DNA of 64,000 nt from an uncultured Acidobacteriota bacterium (GTDB lineage: Bacteria; Acidobacteriota; UBA6911): positions 352,001-416,000 of the forward strand of contig CAWJKZ010000014.1 in the NCBI GenBank assembly GCA_963843575.1, read 5' to 3'. The translations under genes and the position numbers were made by a program. The notes under the pieces were generated by a model, which ran no database searches, was not told the origin of the DNA, and saw only the letters and a list, made by a program, of their open reading frames with translations. Shown here in pieces: positions 1 through 9,191 of this stretch. Every line of letters begins with the position of its first letter. Position 1 is the stretch's first letter.

Positions 1-938
1 CCCCTCCACCCGGCGCATCGATGACAAACTGCGGCACCGCGAACCCGGTGGTGTGGCCGCGCAGCGCCTGCATGATCTGCAGGCCCAGCTCGACGCGGGC
101 CCGGAAGTGGTTGGTGCCGCGCGTCAGGTCCGCCTGGTAGAGATAGTACGGGCGTACCCGCATCATCAGGAGCTTGTGCATCAACTCCTTGATGATCTCC
201 GGGTCGTCGTTGACGCCCTTCATCAGCACGGTCTGGCACCCGACCGGGATGCCCGCGTTCGCGAGCCTCTCGCACGCCTCCCTGGCCTGCGGCGTGACCT
301 CGCGCGGGTGGTTGAAGTGCGTATTGAGGAAAGACCGGGTGGTACTTCTTGAGCATGTTGCAGAGGTTGTCGGTGATCCGGCTCGGCAGCACGCAAGGGA
401 ACCTGGTGCCGATGCGGATGATCTGAACGTGCGGGATCGCCCTCAGGCTGGAGACGACGTGCTCCAGCTTCTGGTCGCTGACCATCAGCGGATCCCCACC
501 CGACAGGAGCACGTCGCGGATCTCCGGGTGAGACCGGATGTAGTCGAGTCCCATCGCGATCGTCTTGTCGGTCACGTCGCTGGCGCGGCCGACCATGCGC
601 TTGCGGGTGCAGAACCGGCAATACATCGGGCAGCGGTCGGTGATGAGCAGCAGAACGCGGTCGGGATAGCGGTGCGTAAGGCGCGGGACGGGGCTGTCCT
701 CGTCCTCGTTGAGGGGATCCTCGAGCGCTTCCTCATCCTGCAGCTCGTTGATCGAGGGGACAGACTGTTTCCAGATCGGGTCCCCCTTGGCCTGGATGAG
801 GTTGTAGTAGTAGCGCGGGATCCGCATCGGATACACCTTGCGCACCTCGTCTATGTCGTCGACGTCGGCGTCGAAATCCTGGTCGACGGTCTCGCCCTTG
901 GTGACGCTGTTTCTCAGATCGAGCATCCATTGTTCCAT
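1..938 (-). CDS. kamA: KamA-family radical SAM lysine 2,3-aminomutase (runs off the left edge; 1-nt indel near 330)
   Basis: Manual translation from ATG at 938: [12 protein letters not shown]...[28 protein letters not shown] (CxxxCxxC)...[11 protein letters not shown]...IRIGTR; after the frameshift NTHFNHPRE...GVND...RPYYLYQAD...[21 protein letters not shown]. Not listed in the ORF track. Confidence 0.92.
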   Translation of the reverse strand, partial: MEQWMLDLRNSVTKGETVDQDFDADVDDIDEVRKVYPMRIPRYYYNLIQAKGDPIWKQSVPSINELQDEEALEDPLNEDEDSPVPRLTHRYPDRVLLLITDRCPMYCRFCTRKRMVGRASDVTDKTIAMGLDYIRSHPEIRDVLLSGGDPLMVSDQKLEHVVSSLRAIPHVQIIRIGTRFPCVLPSRITDNLCNMLKKYHPVFPQYALQPPARGHAAGQGGVREARERGHPGRVPDRADEGRQRRPGDHQGVDAQAPDDAGTPVLSLPGGPDARHQPLPGPRRAGPADHAGAARPHHRVRGAAVCHRCAGWR

Positions 939-953
939 GTTCAAAGTAGCTCC

Positions 954-1460
954 TTAACCGGGAAAGTCTTTTGACAAAGATCAGCTTATCGTCGCCGGCG
1001 GCGTAGAAGTCCCGTATCCGCGAGGCTTCCTCATACCCCAGTCGACGATAGAACCCGACGGTGTTGCCGTATGATTCCTTGGATGAAGTCTCGATCACCA
1101 GGAGTCGTCCCCCTTCGCCGTGCACGCGTGCCTCGACGTGGGCGACGAGCGAGCGGCCGAAGCCGAGCCCCTGGACGGCCGGGTGCGTCGCGATCCAGTA
1201 CAGATCGTAGGTGCCGTGCGTCAGCGGCGTCGGCCCCCAGCACGTGTATCCGCGGACCTGTCCGGCACGGTCCACCGCCACGTCCGCCCTGTAATCCTGC
1301 TGAGCGCTGTCCCTGAGATAAATATCGACGAGTTCGAGAGCGCAGGCGATCTCGGCCCTGCTGAAGTTGCCGACCTGCTCGACGATCGTCGGCCACGGCG
1401 CCCCGGTCCCGGGGCACCATCAGGCCGGATGCGTATGGGTGGGTCCGTTTCAGAATGCAT
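954..1460 (-). CDS. GNAT-family N-acetyltransferase (apparent indels near 1400 and 970)
   Basis: ORF 733..1281 contains [35 protein letters not shown] (acetyl-CoA motif Q/RxxGxG) and VGFYRRLGY; start MHSETD at 1460 overlaps the upstream stop; the probable true end is FVKDFPG* at 954. Confidence 0.85.
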
Positions 1461-2489
1461 ACACGGCGGCGGCCACCTTCGTGCCGCGCTCCAGTGCGAA
1501 CTGGGTGATGCGCACGACCATTTCGGCGTAGCTGTAACCGGCGGCGCGCGCCGCCCGAGCAAAGCCGGCCTTCGGCGAGATGTCGGGATTCGGGATTCAC
1601 CTCGAGAACATAGATGTTGCCTCGCGCGTCGGAGCGCATGTCGACGCGGCCGTAGTCGCGGCAGCCGACGCACTGGTAGCTGCGCAGCGCGATGTCCTTG
1701 ATCCGGGTCTCGAGCCGCTTCGACAGATCGGCCGGACAGATCGGCACCGTCCCGATGTACACCGGGCTGTCCTCGTCCCACTTGGCGCGGTAGCTGACGA
1801 TGCGCGGCTCGCCCTCGGGCAGGGTCGAGAAGTCGATCTCGGAAATGGCGAGCACCTCCGGTTCCCGGTCCCCCATGATCGAGACGTTGAACTCCCGCCC
1901 GTCGAGATACTCTTCGACCAGGGCGTCCTGCTTGTAGACGTCGTGGATGTAGGCCACCTGCCGCTCGAGGTGCGCCAGGTCGTAGCAGACCGACCCGGCG
2001 TTGATCCCCAGACTCGCGTCTTCGTGCACGGGTTTGACAATGACGGGGAGCCGCAGCCCGGCTGCGCACCTTCTGACCTGGGGAGTGCAGGTACCCCTTG
2101 GCCGCCGGAAGGCTTGCCGCGCGCAGGATCTGCTTGACGTAGAATTTGTTGAGCGCCAGGCCGAGCGCAAACGGTCCCGATCCGGTGTACGGAATTCCGA
2201 TGAGCTCGAGCAGGCCCGCGACCGACATCTCCAGCTCGGAACGCCCGTTGATCTCCTCGCAGAGGTTGAAGATGAACTTCGGCGCGATGCGGATGATGGT
2301 CTGGACGAGCTCCTTCGAGAAGTGGTCGACCGAAAGCACATAGGGGCTGAAGCCCGACTCGCGCAGGCTCTCTTCAATGGCACCGACCTCTTCGCGCAGG
2401 ATGGTCGACGGGTACACCTTTTCCTGGCACCCTTCCACCTCGGAGATGTTGGCGGCGTTGTAGAGAACCAGGCAGTCGTGTCGTCCCAT
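1450..2489 (-). CDS. D-Ala-D-Ala-ligase-like ATP-grasp protein 2 (indels near 2065 and 1595)
   Basis: Joined from ORFs 1221..2810 and 1031..2383: [58 protein letters not shown](NPDIS); ATG overlaps the upstream TGA (TGATG). Confidence 0.88.
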
Positions 2490-3514
2490 CACCCCATCCC
2501 GTAACGCTTGCAGCCGATGTCCAGAACCGTGTTGATCAGTTGTCCGTAGCTCATCCCCGCAGCGCGGGCCGCCTTCGGGAAACAGGAGTTCTGCTCCGGT
2601 CGCGGGAGTATTCCGGGCAGAGGATTCAGTTCGATAATATGCGGACGGTTCAGAGCATCCAGCCGCACGTCGATGCGGCACCAGTCGCGGCACCTCAGGA
2701 CCCGGTAGGCTTCGAGGCAGATCCGTTCGATCTCTGCCTGCAGTTCGGGGTTCAACTCCGCCGGACATGAGAAGATTTCCAGCGGGTTGTCCGTCTGGTC
2801 CCAGATCCACTTGGCCTCGTAGGAATAAATGGGGTTCACTCCACCCGGCAGGGAATCAAATTTGATCTCCACGATCGGGAGCGCACGTGTTTCGCTGCCG
2901 TTGCCGATGATTGCGATCGTGAACTCACGCCCCGGCAGATACTCCTCGACGAGTGCCGGTTGCCGGTAGGTGTCCAGCAGCCAGGAAACGCGGTCGCGCA
3001 TTTCCTGTCGCGTCCTGGCAAAGGAATTGTCCCGGATCCCTATGCTGGAGCCCTCGTGCAGGGGCTTGACCATGAGCGGGTAGTGCAGGCTGTTGAAAGA
3101 GAAGTTCTTTTCCGCGATCACCCGGAAACGGGCTGTCGGCAGTCCGTGGTAAGCCAGGACTTCCTTGGCGCGCGCCTTGTCCAGGCAGAGGTTCAGCGTC
3201 AGAGGATCGCTGGCCGTGTATGGTATGTCCAGGAATTCGAGGATGGAGGGGATATGCCCTTCACGGCAGGGACCGTGGCTCCCTTCCGCGATGTTGAACA
3301 CGATCGCCGGACGCGAGATCCGGAGCGCTTCGTAGGGGTTGTCCGCCGCATCGATGCGGATGACCTCGTGCCGTTCGCCGAGCGCCACCGCCACCGCATC
3401 GATCGTTTCGGCGTCGTCCCACTCGGCCTGTACGTCGCAGATGCTACTGGGGGGCTCCTGTGCAGCTTCTTCCGTTTCCCCCCTTTTCAAGTTGTACGTC
3501 AGTCCGACTCTCAT
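2489..3514 (-). CDS. D-Ala-D-Ala-ligase-like ATP-grasp protein 1
   Basis: 341-aa ORF with FNIAEG, IPYTASD, DKARAK, VKPLHEGSSIGI, LVEEYLPGREFT, YSYEAKW, CRIDVR, IELNPLPG. Confidence 0.92.
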   Translation of the reverse strand: MRVGLTYNLKRGETEEAAQEPPSSICDVQAEWDDAETIDAVAVALGERHEVIRIDAADNPYEALRISRPAIVFNIAEGSHGPCREGHIPSILEFLDIPYTASDPLTLNLCLDKARAKEVLAYHGLPTARFRVIAEKNFSFNSLHYPLMVKPLHEGSSIGIRDNSFARTRQEMRDRVSWLLDTYRQPALVEEYLPGREFTIAIIGNGSETRALPIVEIKFDSLPGGVNPIYSYEAKWIWDQTDNPLEIFSCPAELNPELQAEIERICLEAYRVLRCRDWCRIDVRLDALNRPHIIELNPLPGILPRPEQNSCFPKAARAAGMSYGQLINTVLDIGCKRYGMG

Positions 3515-3538
3515 CCCACCCTCGCTTTTCGCTCAGTT

Positions 3539-3567
3539 GATATAAGGGAATCGCAATTGCTTGTCAA
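3539..3567 (-). promoter_or_regulatory. Putative sigma70 promoter of the ATP-grasp/GNAT/KamA operon
   Basis: TTGACA-17 nt-TATATC on the minus strand, about 25 nt upstream of the ATG. Confidence 0.55.
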
Positions 3568-3663
3568 GATTTATTTCAACCTTCTGACACAACATGCAGG
3601 GGGCATGGCCTCCCATGGGTACCAAATCTTGTATGGGCAGCTGTCCAAGCAACAAGCATTCCA

Positions 3664-3683
3664 TAATTAGAATATTCTGATTA
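3664..3683. promoter_or_regulatory. AT-rich 20-bp palindrome, candidate transcription-factor operator
   Basis: TAATTAGAATATTCTGATTA, dyad symmetry with one mismatched pair, in a divergent intergenic region. Confidence 0.4.
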
Positions 3684-3773
3684 GTGGCAGTCGGATTCCC
3701 CTTTACCCTCGAGATTTTGCCTCCTCCCGGATCCCTCTATCGGTTATAATGACGCCCTGTTCAGGCCACTACA

Positions 3774-4310
3774 TTGAATATTGGAACTTTGATCTCCGGA
3801 TCCCGGCCCGACACTGCCCGCGCCCGCGCCGCCCTCGGCTTGCTCTGGGGAGGGATTCTCGCCGTCGCCGTGGCTGCCCCCTGGCTCAAGGCCGCCGGTC
3901 ACGGAACCGCGGCTGCGGCCCTGTATCTGCTCACCGCGCCGGTCTGTCATCAGAATCCGGACAGGTCTTTCTCCTGTTGTGGTTACGGCTGGGCCCTCTG
4001 TCATCGCTGCTCGGGCATCTACCTCGGCCTCTGCCTCGGGGCCCTGCTCTCCCCCCGGCTTTCGGGCGTCTGGTACGAGACCCAGTGGCGCAGGGCGTGG
4101 GTGCTCCTGGGACTTATTCCACTGCTGCTGGATGCGTTGCTTCCATTCGTCAACATCTGGGTAAATACACCGGCCAGCCGCGTCCTTTCCGGGCTGGCCT
4201 TCGGTCTGGCGACCGGCACGCTGCTGGTCCCTGCGCTGGCTGAATTGCTGGCAGGGTCTCGCGCTGGTTTGCGCGCGGCTGCCGCTCCGGATCCTCGAGG
4301 AGGCTTCTGA
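3774..4310 (+). CDS. DUF2085-like membrane protein
   Basis: Hydrophobic segments plus CHQNPDRSF...LCHRCSGIYLG motif. Confidence 0.75.
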   Translation: MNIGTLISGSRPDTARARAALGLLWGGILAVAVAAPWLKAAGHGTAAAALYLLTAPVCHQNPDRSFSCCGYGWALCHRCSGIYLGLCLGALLSPRLSGVWYETQWRRAWVLLGLIPLLLDALLPFVNIWVNTPASRVLSGLAFGLATGTLLVPALAELLAGSRAGLRAAAAPDPRGGF

Positions 4311-4948
4311 TGAATCAGGAAGGCATGTTCAAGCCCGCTTTGATAGGCGGGGTTTTGCTGGGCGTCCTCTCCGCGTTACCGGTTGTCAGTGCCCTCAACT
4401 GCCTGTGTTGCGCGTGGGTTATCGCCGGCGGCGTGCTGGCGGCGAACCTCTACGTGAAGTCGGCCCCCCTGCCCGTGACGCTCGGGACGGGCGCCCTGAT
4501 CGGTCTGATTGCCGGTGCGGTCGGGGCCGTGGTTGACACCATCTTTTCCATACCCATGCACCTCCTCCTCACAGGCATGGGATTCGGCGTCGGCCAACTG
4601 CGCGAAGCCATCCAGCAGGTCCCCATGGCCCCCGAAGCCCGCGATACCCTGCTCAAGGTGTTGGGCGGCGGCGGGGTCGGGATCTTCTTCGTGCTTCTTT
4701 CCGGGGTCTTCAAGCTGTTCATCTACAGTATCATGGCGATGATCGGCGGCACGCTCGGGGTGGCGCTATTCGAGAAACGCAAAATCGGCATGCAGCCGCC
4801 GGCAGTGATCCCTCCGGCCTACCAGCCGCCGCCGCGAGCGACCTTGCCCCGCCGCCTCCGCCGCCTCCGCCGGCCGATCTTACTTGAGCCGCCGCCGCAG
4901 ACAGGTTTGCCCCGGCCGGGGAACGTATGCAGGGCAGGCAGCATGTAA
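4310..4948 (+). CDS. Hypothetical multi-pass membrane protein with Pro-rich tail
   Basis: RBS GAGGAGG; TGATG overlap with upstream gene; about 4 TM segments, NCLCC motif; tail probably frameshifted near 4835. Confidence 0.7.
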   Translation: MNQEGMFKPALIGGVLLGVLSALPVVSALNCLCCAWVIAGGVLAANLYVKSAPLPVTLGTGALIGLIAGAVGAVVDTIFSIPMHLLLTGMGFGVGQLREAIQQVPMAPEARDTLLKVLGGGGVGIFFVLLSGVFKLFIYSIMAMIGGTLGVALFEKRKIGMQPPAVIPPAYQPPPRATLPRRLRRLRRPILLEPPPQTGLPRPGNVCRAGSM

Positions 4949-5039
4949 CAGGTAGTGGACTTCCGCCTTCCTTTGGGGACGGCACAGCATGTGTCGCCCC
5001 CTCGGCCTCCTCCCACTTCGGGGCTTCCAGCTTCCGTCT

Positions 5040-5939
5040 CTAGAAAACGGAATTCAGCCCGGGGAGTGGCCGCACGAGATCCTCGGTTTCTATCTGAATG
5101 GTGGTGTGTTCGATGTGATACTTGTCTCTCATGAGGCTGCTCAGCGTCGAGAGCACGGCCCCGGCATCGTTGCCGCGCCGCAGCACGACGTGGCAGCTCA
5201 TGGCAGGCATGTGGGAGGTGATCGACCAGACGTGAAGGTCGTGCACGGAGACGACTCCCTGGACGGAACCGAGATCGGCCAGGATGCTGGGGATGTTCAG
5301 GTGGCGGGGGGTCCCTTCCAGCAGCACGTCGACGCTCTCGTGGACGAGGTTCCACGAGCTGTAAAGTACCAGCAGCGCGACGATGACCGAAATCAGCGGG
5401 TCCGCCAGGTACCACTGCCAGAAAACCATGATGACGCCCGCGAGAATGGCCCCGACCGAGCCGAGGGTGTCCCCCACGACGTGCAGAAACGCCCCCCGGA
5501 TATTCAGGCTCTCGCGCTGCGACCTGTGCAGCAGTGCCGCGGTGGCGAGGTTGGCGCCCAGCCCGAGGGCGGCCACCGTCAGCATCTGGCCGCCCTTGAC
5601 GACAGGCGGGTCCATGAACCGCTCGTAGGCCTCGTAGAAAATGTAGACCGCGATGAGGACGAGCAGGACGCCGTTGGCGAGGGCGGCCAGGATCTCGGCG
5701 CGCACGTAGCCGAAAGTCATCTCGTGGGTCGCGGGCCGCGCCGAAATCTTCAGGGCCAGCAGGCTCATGGCGAGCGCCGCGACGTCGGTCAGCATGTGTG
5801 CGGCGTCGGCGATCAGGGCGAGGCTGTTGGTGTAAAAGCCGGCGACCAGTTCCACCAGGAACCAGCTGCACGTTATTGCCAGCGAGAGCGCAAGCGCCTG
5901 CCTGCCGCTGCGCGGATGGGAATCAGCTTGATCCGTCAT
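5040..5939 (-). CDS. Cation diffusion facilitator (CzcD/ZitB-like Zn/Co/Cd efflux)
   Basis: SLALIADAAHMLTD, TFGYVRAEILAA, GAFLHVVGD, VHDLHVWSIT, HTTIQIE. Confidence 0.93.
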   Translation of the reverse strand: MTDQADSHPRSGRQALALSLAITCSWFLVELVAGFYTNSLALIADAAHMLTDVAALAMSLLALKISARPATHEMTFGYVRAEILAALANGVLLVLIAVYIFYEAYERFMDPPVVKGGQMLTVAALGLGANLATAALLHRSQRESLNIRGAFLHVVGDTLGSVGAILAGVIMVFWQWYLADPLISVIVALLVLYSSWNLVHESVDVLLEGTPRHLNIPSILADLGSVQGVVSVHDLHVWSITSHMPAMSCHVVLRRGNDAGAVLSTLSSLMRDKYHIEHTTIQIETEDLVRPLPGLNSVF

Positions 5940-6053
5940 TGGGACGACTTTGGTGCACAGGGTCACGGCCCGTTGCGGCTGTCCGTGGCCCGAGGGTGAC
6001 TTGCCTGGATACGGGGGAGGGCCGTTGGCTCCTCCCCCGCGCTTGAAGAGAGC

Positions 6054-6527
6054 TTAGCCGCCGGCCTGCTTGGCTGCCAGATCGCCGATGACCGGGATCA
6101 TGAACCTCTCGCCGTTGTAGGCCTTGAACATGAGGAAGAGCCACAACCCAAGGACGGCCAGCCACACGAGCATCCCGATCAGGCCGAACAACGTCATGAG
6201 AAAGCCAAAGGGAATCAGCCAGAACAGGTTGGTCCACACGATCCAGAACACGGTCATGGCGACGCTGAAGAAAATCGACTGGAAGGCGTGAAACCGCACG
6301 AAGCGGTCGTTCTTGTAGGGCTCCAGCACGAGGAAGATGATGCCGGTGATAAACCCGAGGACGTAGCACAGCAGTCCCGCGACGTTCGGGGACATCGCCG
6401 TTCCCGCAGGCGCGTTCGGCACCGGGGGGGGCGCGCCCTGGGGCGCCGCGGCCACCGGCGCGCCGCATTTGCTGCAAAAAACCGTTCCCTCGTTCACCTG
6501 GGCTCCACATTTCCCACAAAATGCCAT
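6054..6527 (-). CDS. Zinc-ribbon + DUF4870-like membrane protein
   Basis: MAFCGKCG...FCSKCGAP followed by NVAGLLCY...FVRFHAFQS...KAYNGERFMIPVIG; RBS AGGAG. Confidence 0.8.
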   Translation of the reverse strand: MAFCGKCGAQVNEGTVFCSKCGAPVAAAPQGAPPPVPNAPAGTAMSPNVAGLLCYVLGFITGIIFLVLEPYKNDRFVRFHAFQSIFFSVAMTVFWIVWTNLFWLIPFGFLMTLFGLIGMLVWLAVLGLWLFLMFKAYNGERFMIPVIGDLAAKQAGG

Positions 6528-6700
6528 TTTGGCTCTCCTGCGAAAAGAAGACGTGAGCGGTTCACCCGACGTACCGCAATGTAATGCAATGGCTTGCTCT
6601 TGCAGAAACAAGGTGCATGGCGCGTACTGAGATCCAATAGCACAAAGCGCGTGCGACATACAATGCATTTCGTACATCGGCGGCACGCGCCCGCGCGGCG

Positions 6701-9166
6701 CTACAACAAAGAGAGCGGATCGACGTCGACGTGCACGTCCTTGACGGCGACCCTGTGCGCGGCCAGCGCCTCGAAGGCTTCGCCGAGGATCGGGATGTGG
6801 CCGGAGGCGCCGGGGGACTTGAGCAGCACCTGGACGCGGTGTTTGCCGCGCAGTTTCTCGAGCGGCGCAGGTGCGGGGCCCAGCACCTGCAAGGGCTCGC
6901 CCGGCCGGCCCGCGCAGGCGTCTTTCAGAGCCCTGGCCACGCGCTCCGCCAGGTCGAACGCCTTCATATAGCTTTCATTGGCGACCAGGAACTGCACGAG
7001 AGACCGGAACGGCGGGTATCCCATGAGCCTGCGGAAGTCCAGCTCGTGGCGGAAGTAACCGGCATAGTCCTGCTGCCGCGCGTACTTCAGCGCATAGTGG
7101 TCGGGGTACTGCGCCTGGATCACCACCCTGCCGGGGACGGCTCCGCGGCCGGCCCTGCCGGCCACCTGGGTCAGGAGCTGGAACGTGCGTTCGGCGGAGC
7201 GGAAATCCGGGAAGGCGAGGCTGGCGTCGGCGGCGAGGACACCCACGAGGGTCACGTTGGGGAAGTCGTGCCCTTTGGCGACCATCTGGGTTCCCACCAG
7301 AACATCGAGGCCGCCCGAGGCGAAATCGAGCAACGTCTTGCGCAGTGCGCCGCGGCGCCGGGTGGTGTCGCGGTCCAGGCGGGCGACGCGGGCGGAGGGC
7401 ATCAGGGTCCTGACGACCTGTTCGAGCTGTTCGGTGCCGACGCCGGCGAAATATATGTAGGGTCCGCCGCAGCTTCCGCACGCGGCGGGCACCGTCGTTT
7501 CACCGCCGCAGTAATGGCACACCAGGTTCCCCTCAGCCTGGTGATAGGTCATGGAGATGCTGCAGTCCGGGCAGGTGTAGACGTGACCGCAGCTGCGGCA
7601 GAACAGCGTTCGCGAATACCCGCGCCGGTTGAGCAGGAGGATCGACTGCTCCCCGCGCGCGAGCCGCTCGCGCAGTTCCGCCTGGAGTGCCCGCGACAGG
7701 ACGTGCCGCTTGCCGACCTCCTGGAACTCCCTCCCCATGTCGACCACCTGCACGTCGGCGAGCGGGCGCGCCTCGACGCGCTCGGGCAGTCCCAGGAGCC
7801 GCATCGCCCCGGTGGAAGCCTCGTGGAAGGTCTCGACCGACGGGGTCGCCGAGCCCATCAGGAGCAGCCCGCCCGATTGCCCCATCCTCTGCCAGGCCAC
7901 CTCCCGGGCGTGGTAGCAGGGGGATTCGTCCTGTTTGTACGAGGCGTCCTGCTCTTCGTCGATGACGATGAGCCGGATCGCATCCAGCGGCGCAAACACC
8001 GCCGAACGGGTCCCTACCACCACCCCGGCTCCCCCGCTGCGAATCCTGTTCCACTGGTCGAACCTCTCGCCGGGGGACATCCCGCTGTGCAGGAGGGCGA
8101 CCTGAGCGGGGAAATGGGAGACGGCGATGCGGCTCAGCATGGGGGTGAGGCCGATCTCGGGGACGAGCAGCAGCGCTCTTCCGCCGGACCGCAGCACGTC
8201 GGCGATGAGACGCAGGTAGATTTCGGTCTTGCCGCTTCCGGTGACCCCGTGCAGGAGGCAGCGCTGCGGCCGGCCCGTGGCGACCATTTCCCTCAGTTCC
8301 GCCAGCGCCCGCTCCTGGGCCTCGGTCAGGATGACCAGCTTGCGCTCCGGGACCGTGCTCAGGTCCAGCGGCAGGCGGGACAACGGCGCCGGGTAGATTC
8401 TTGCCAGCCCCCTGGATTCCAGCGCTCTGGCGACGCTCGCGCTGCAGCGCGAGGCCTCGAGGGCCTCCTTCAGGAGCAAGGGAGGATTGCGGCCGAGCAG
8501 AAACTCGTGCAGCCTCCGCTGCGCGGACGGAAGGCGGGGCGGGGACACCGCGGTCGCGGGGAGCGCGGCGATCGCAAGTTGTTCCTTGGTGTCGACACGG
8601 GGGCGGGCGACCTCGACCTCCACGTCGACGAGCGAGGCACGGGCCAGCGCGTCGATGCAGCGCGCCGCGTCGGCCACCTCGCTGCGGGCGGCCACCTCCG
8701 CCTCCGTGAGACTGCCGGCAGCTGCCAGCGTCTCCAGCACCTCGATTTCCGCCGGGCGCAGGCCCGGGGGGCGAAGCCCGCCCGCGAGGAGTTGCGCGAT
8801 GCGGGGGCGGATCCGGACGCGGCGCACCCCGGACACCTGGGTTCCCGCGGGGAAGAGCGCCTTGAGCACTTCGCCGGGAGGGCTGAAGTACCGCTCCGCG
8901 ATCCACAGGGCCGTCTCGACGAGCGACGGGGGAATGACGGGGGCGGCGTCGAGCAGCTCCCGGATGGGTCTCAGTCGGAATTCCCCTCCGGGCGGCTGGT
9001 CCGACAGCCCAATGATGAAACCCGTCAGAAGCTTGCGCCCGAAGGGGACGAGCACCCGCATGCCGACCGCGGCGCGGCCCCGCAGCGGTTCGGGAACCGC
9101 GTACGCGAACGACTTGCGGATCGCCACCGCGACGGCAACATCGGCAAAGGCGGGCATAGGCAGCAT
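6701..9166 (-). CDS. priA: Primosomal protein N' (replication restart helicase)
   Basis: LLHGVTGSGKTEIY, VGTRSAVF, DEEQD, GSATPS, LNRRGY, four CxxC, GTQMVAKGHDF, QVAGRAGR. Confidence 0.97.
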   Translation of the reverse strand: MLPMPAFADVAVAVAIRKSFAYAVPEPLRGRAAVGMRVLVPFGRKLLTGFIIGLSDQPPGGEFRLRPIRELLDAAPVIPPSLVETALWIAERYFSPPGEVLKALFPAGTQVSGVRRVRIRPRIAQLLAGGLRPPGLRPAEIEVLETLAAAGSLTEAEVAARSEVADAARCIDALARASLVDVEVEVARPRVDTKEQLAIAALPATAVSPPRLPSAQRRLHEFLLGRNPPLLLKEALEASRCSASVARALESRGLARIYPAPLSRLPLDLSTVPERKLVILTEAQERALAELREMVATGRPQRCLLHGVTGSGKTEIYLRLIADVLRSGGRALLLVPEIGLTPMLSRIAVSHFPAQVALLHSGMSPGERFDQWNRIRSGGAGVVVGTRSAVFAPLDAIRLIVIDEEQDASYKQDESPCYHAREVAWQRMGQSGGLLLMGSATPSVETFHEASTGAMRLLGLPERVEARPLADVQVVDMGREFQEVGKRHVLSRALQAELRERLARGEQSILLLNRRGYSRTLFCRSCGHVYTCPDCSISMTYHQAEGNLVCHYCGGETTVPAACGSCGGPYIYFAGVGTEQLEQVVRTLMPSARVARLDRDTTRRRGALRKTLLDFASGGLDVLVGTQMVAKGHDFPNVTLVGVLAADASLAFPDFRSAERTFQLLTQVAGRAGRGAVPGRVVIQAQYPDHYALKYARQQDYAGYFRHELDFRRLMGYPPFRSLVQFLVANESYMKAFDLAERVARALKDACAGRPGEPLQVLGPAPAPLEKLRGKHRVQVLLKSPGASGHIPILGEAFEALAAHRVAVKDVHVDVDPLSLL

Positions 9167-9191
9167 GCAGCCGGGATTGGAGGCGTCAGGG

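Noticed and set aside
1-938. kamA as epmB (EF-P beta-lysylation) or part of lysine fermentation
   Set aside because: No efp, epmA, kamD/E or kdd in the visible context; it is coupled to GNAT and ATP-grasp genes instead. The left flank is unseen, so this is not fully excluded.
4975-5002. Hairpin GGGGACGGCACA...TGTGTCGCCCC between convergent genes
   Set aside because: Plausible weak terminator, but imperfect and without a clear U-tract, so it was not called
6575-6617. GCAATG repeats and TGCA-N9-TGCA (NtrC-like enhancer) upstream of the zinc-ribbon membrane gene
   Set aside because: No convincing sigma54 -24/-12 element was found nearby, and the short motifs could be chance
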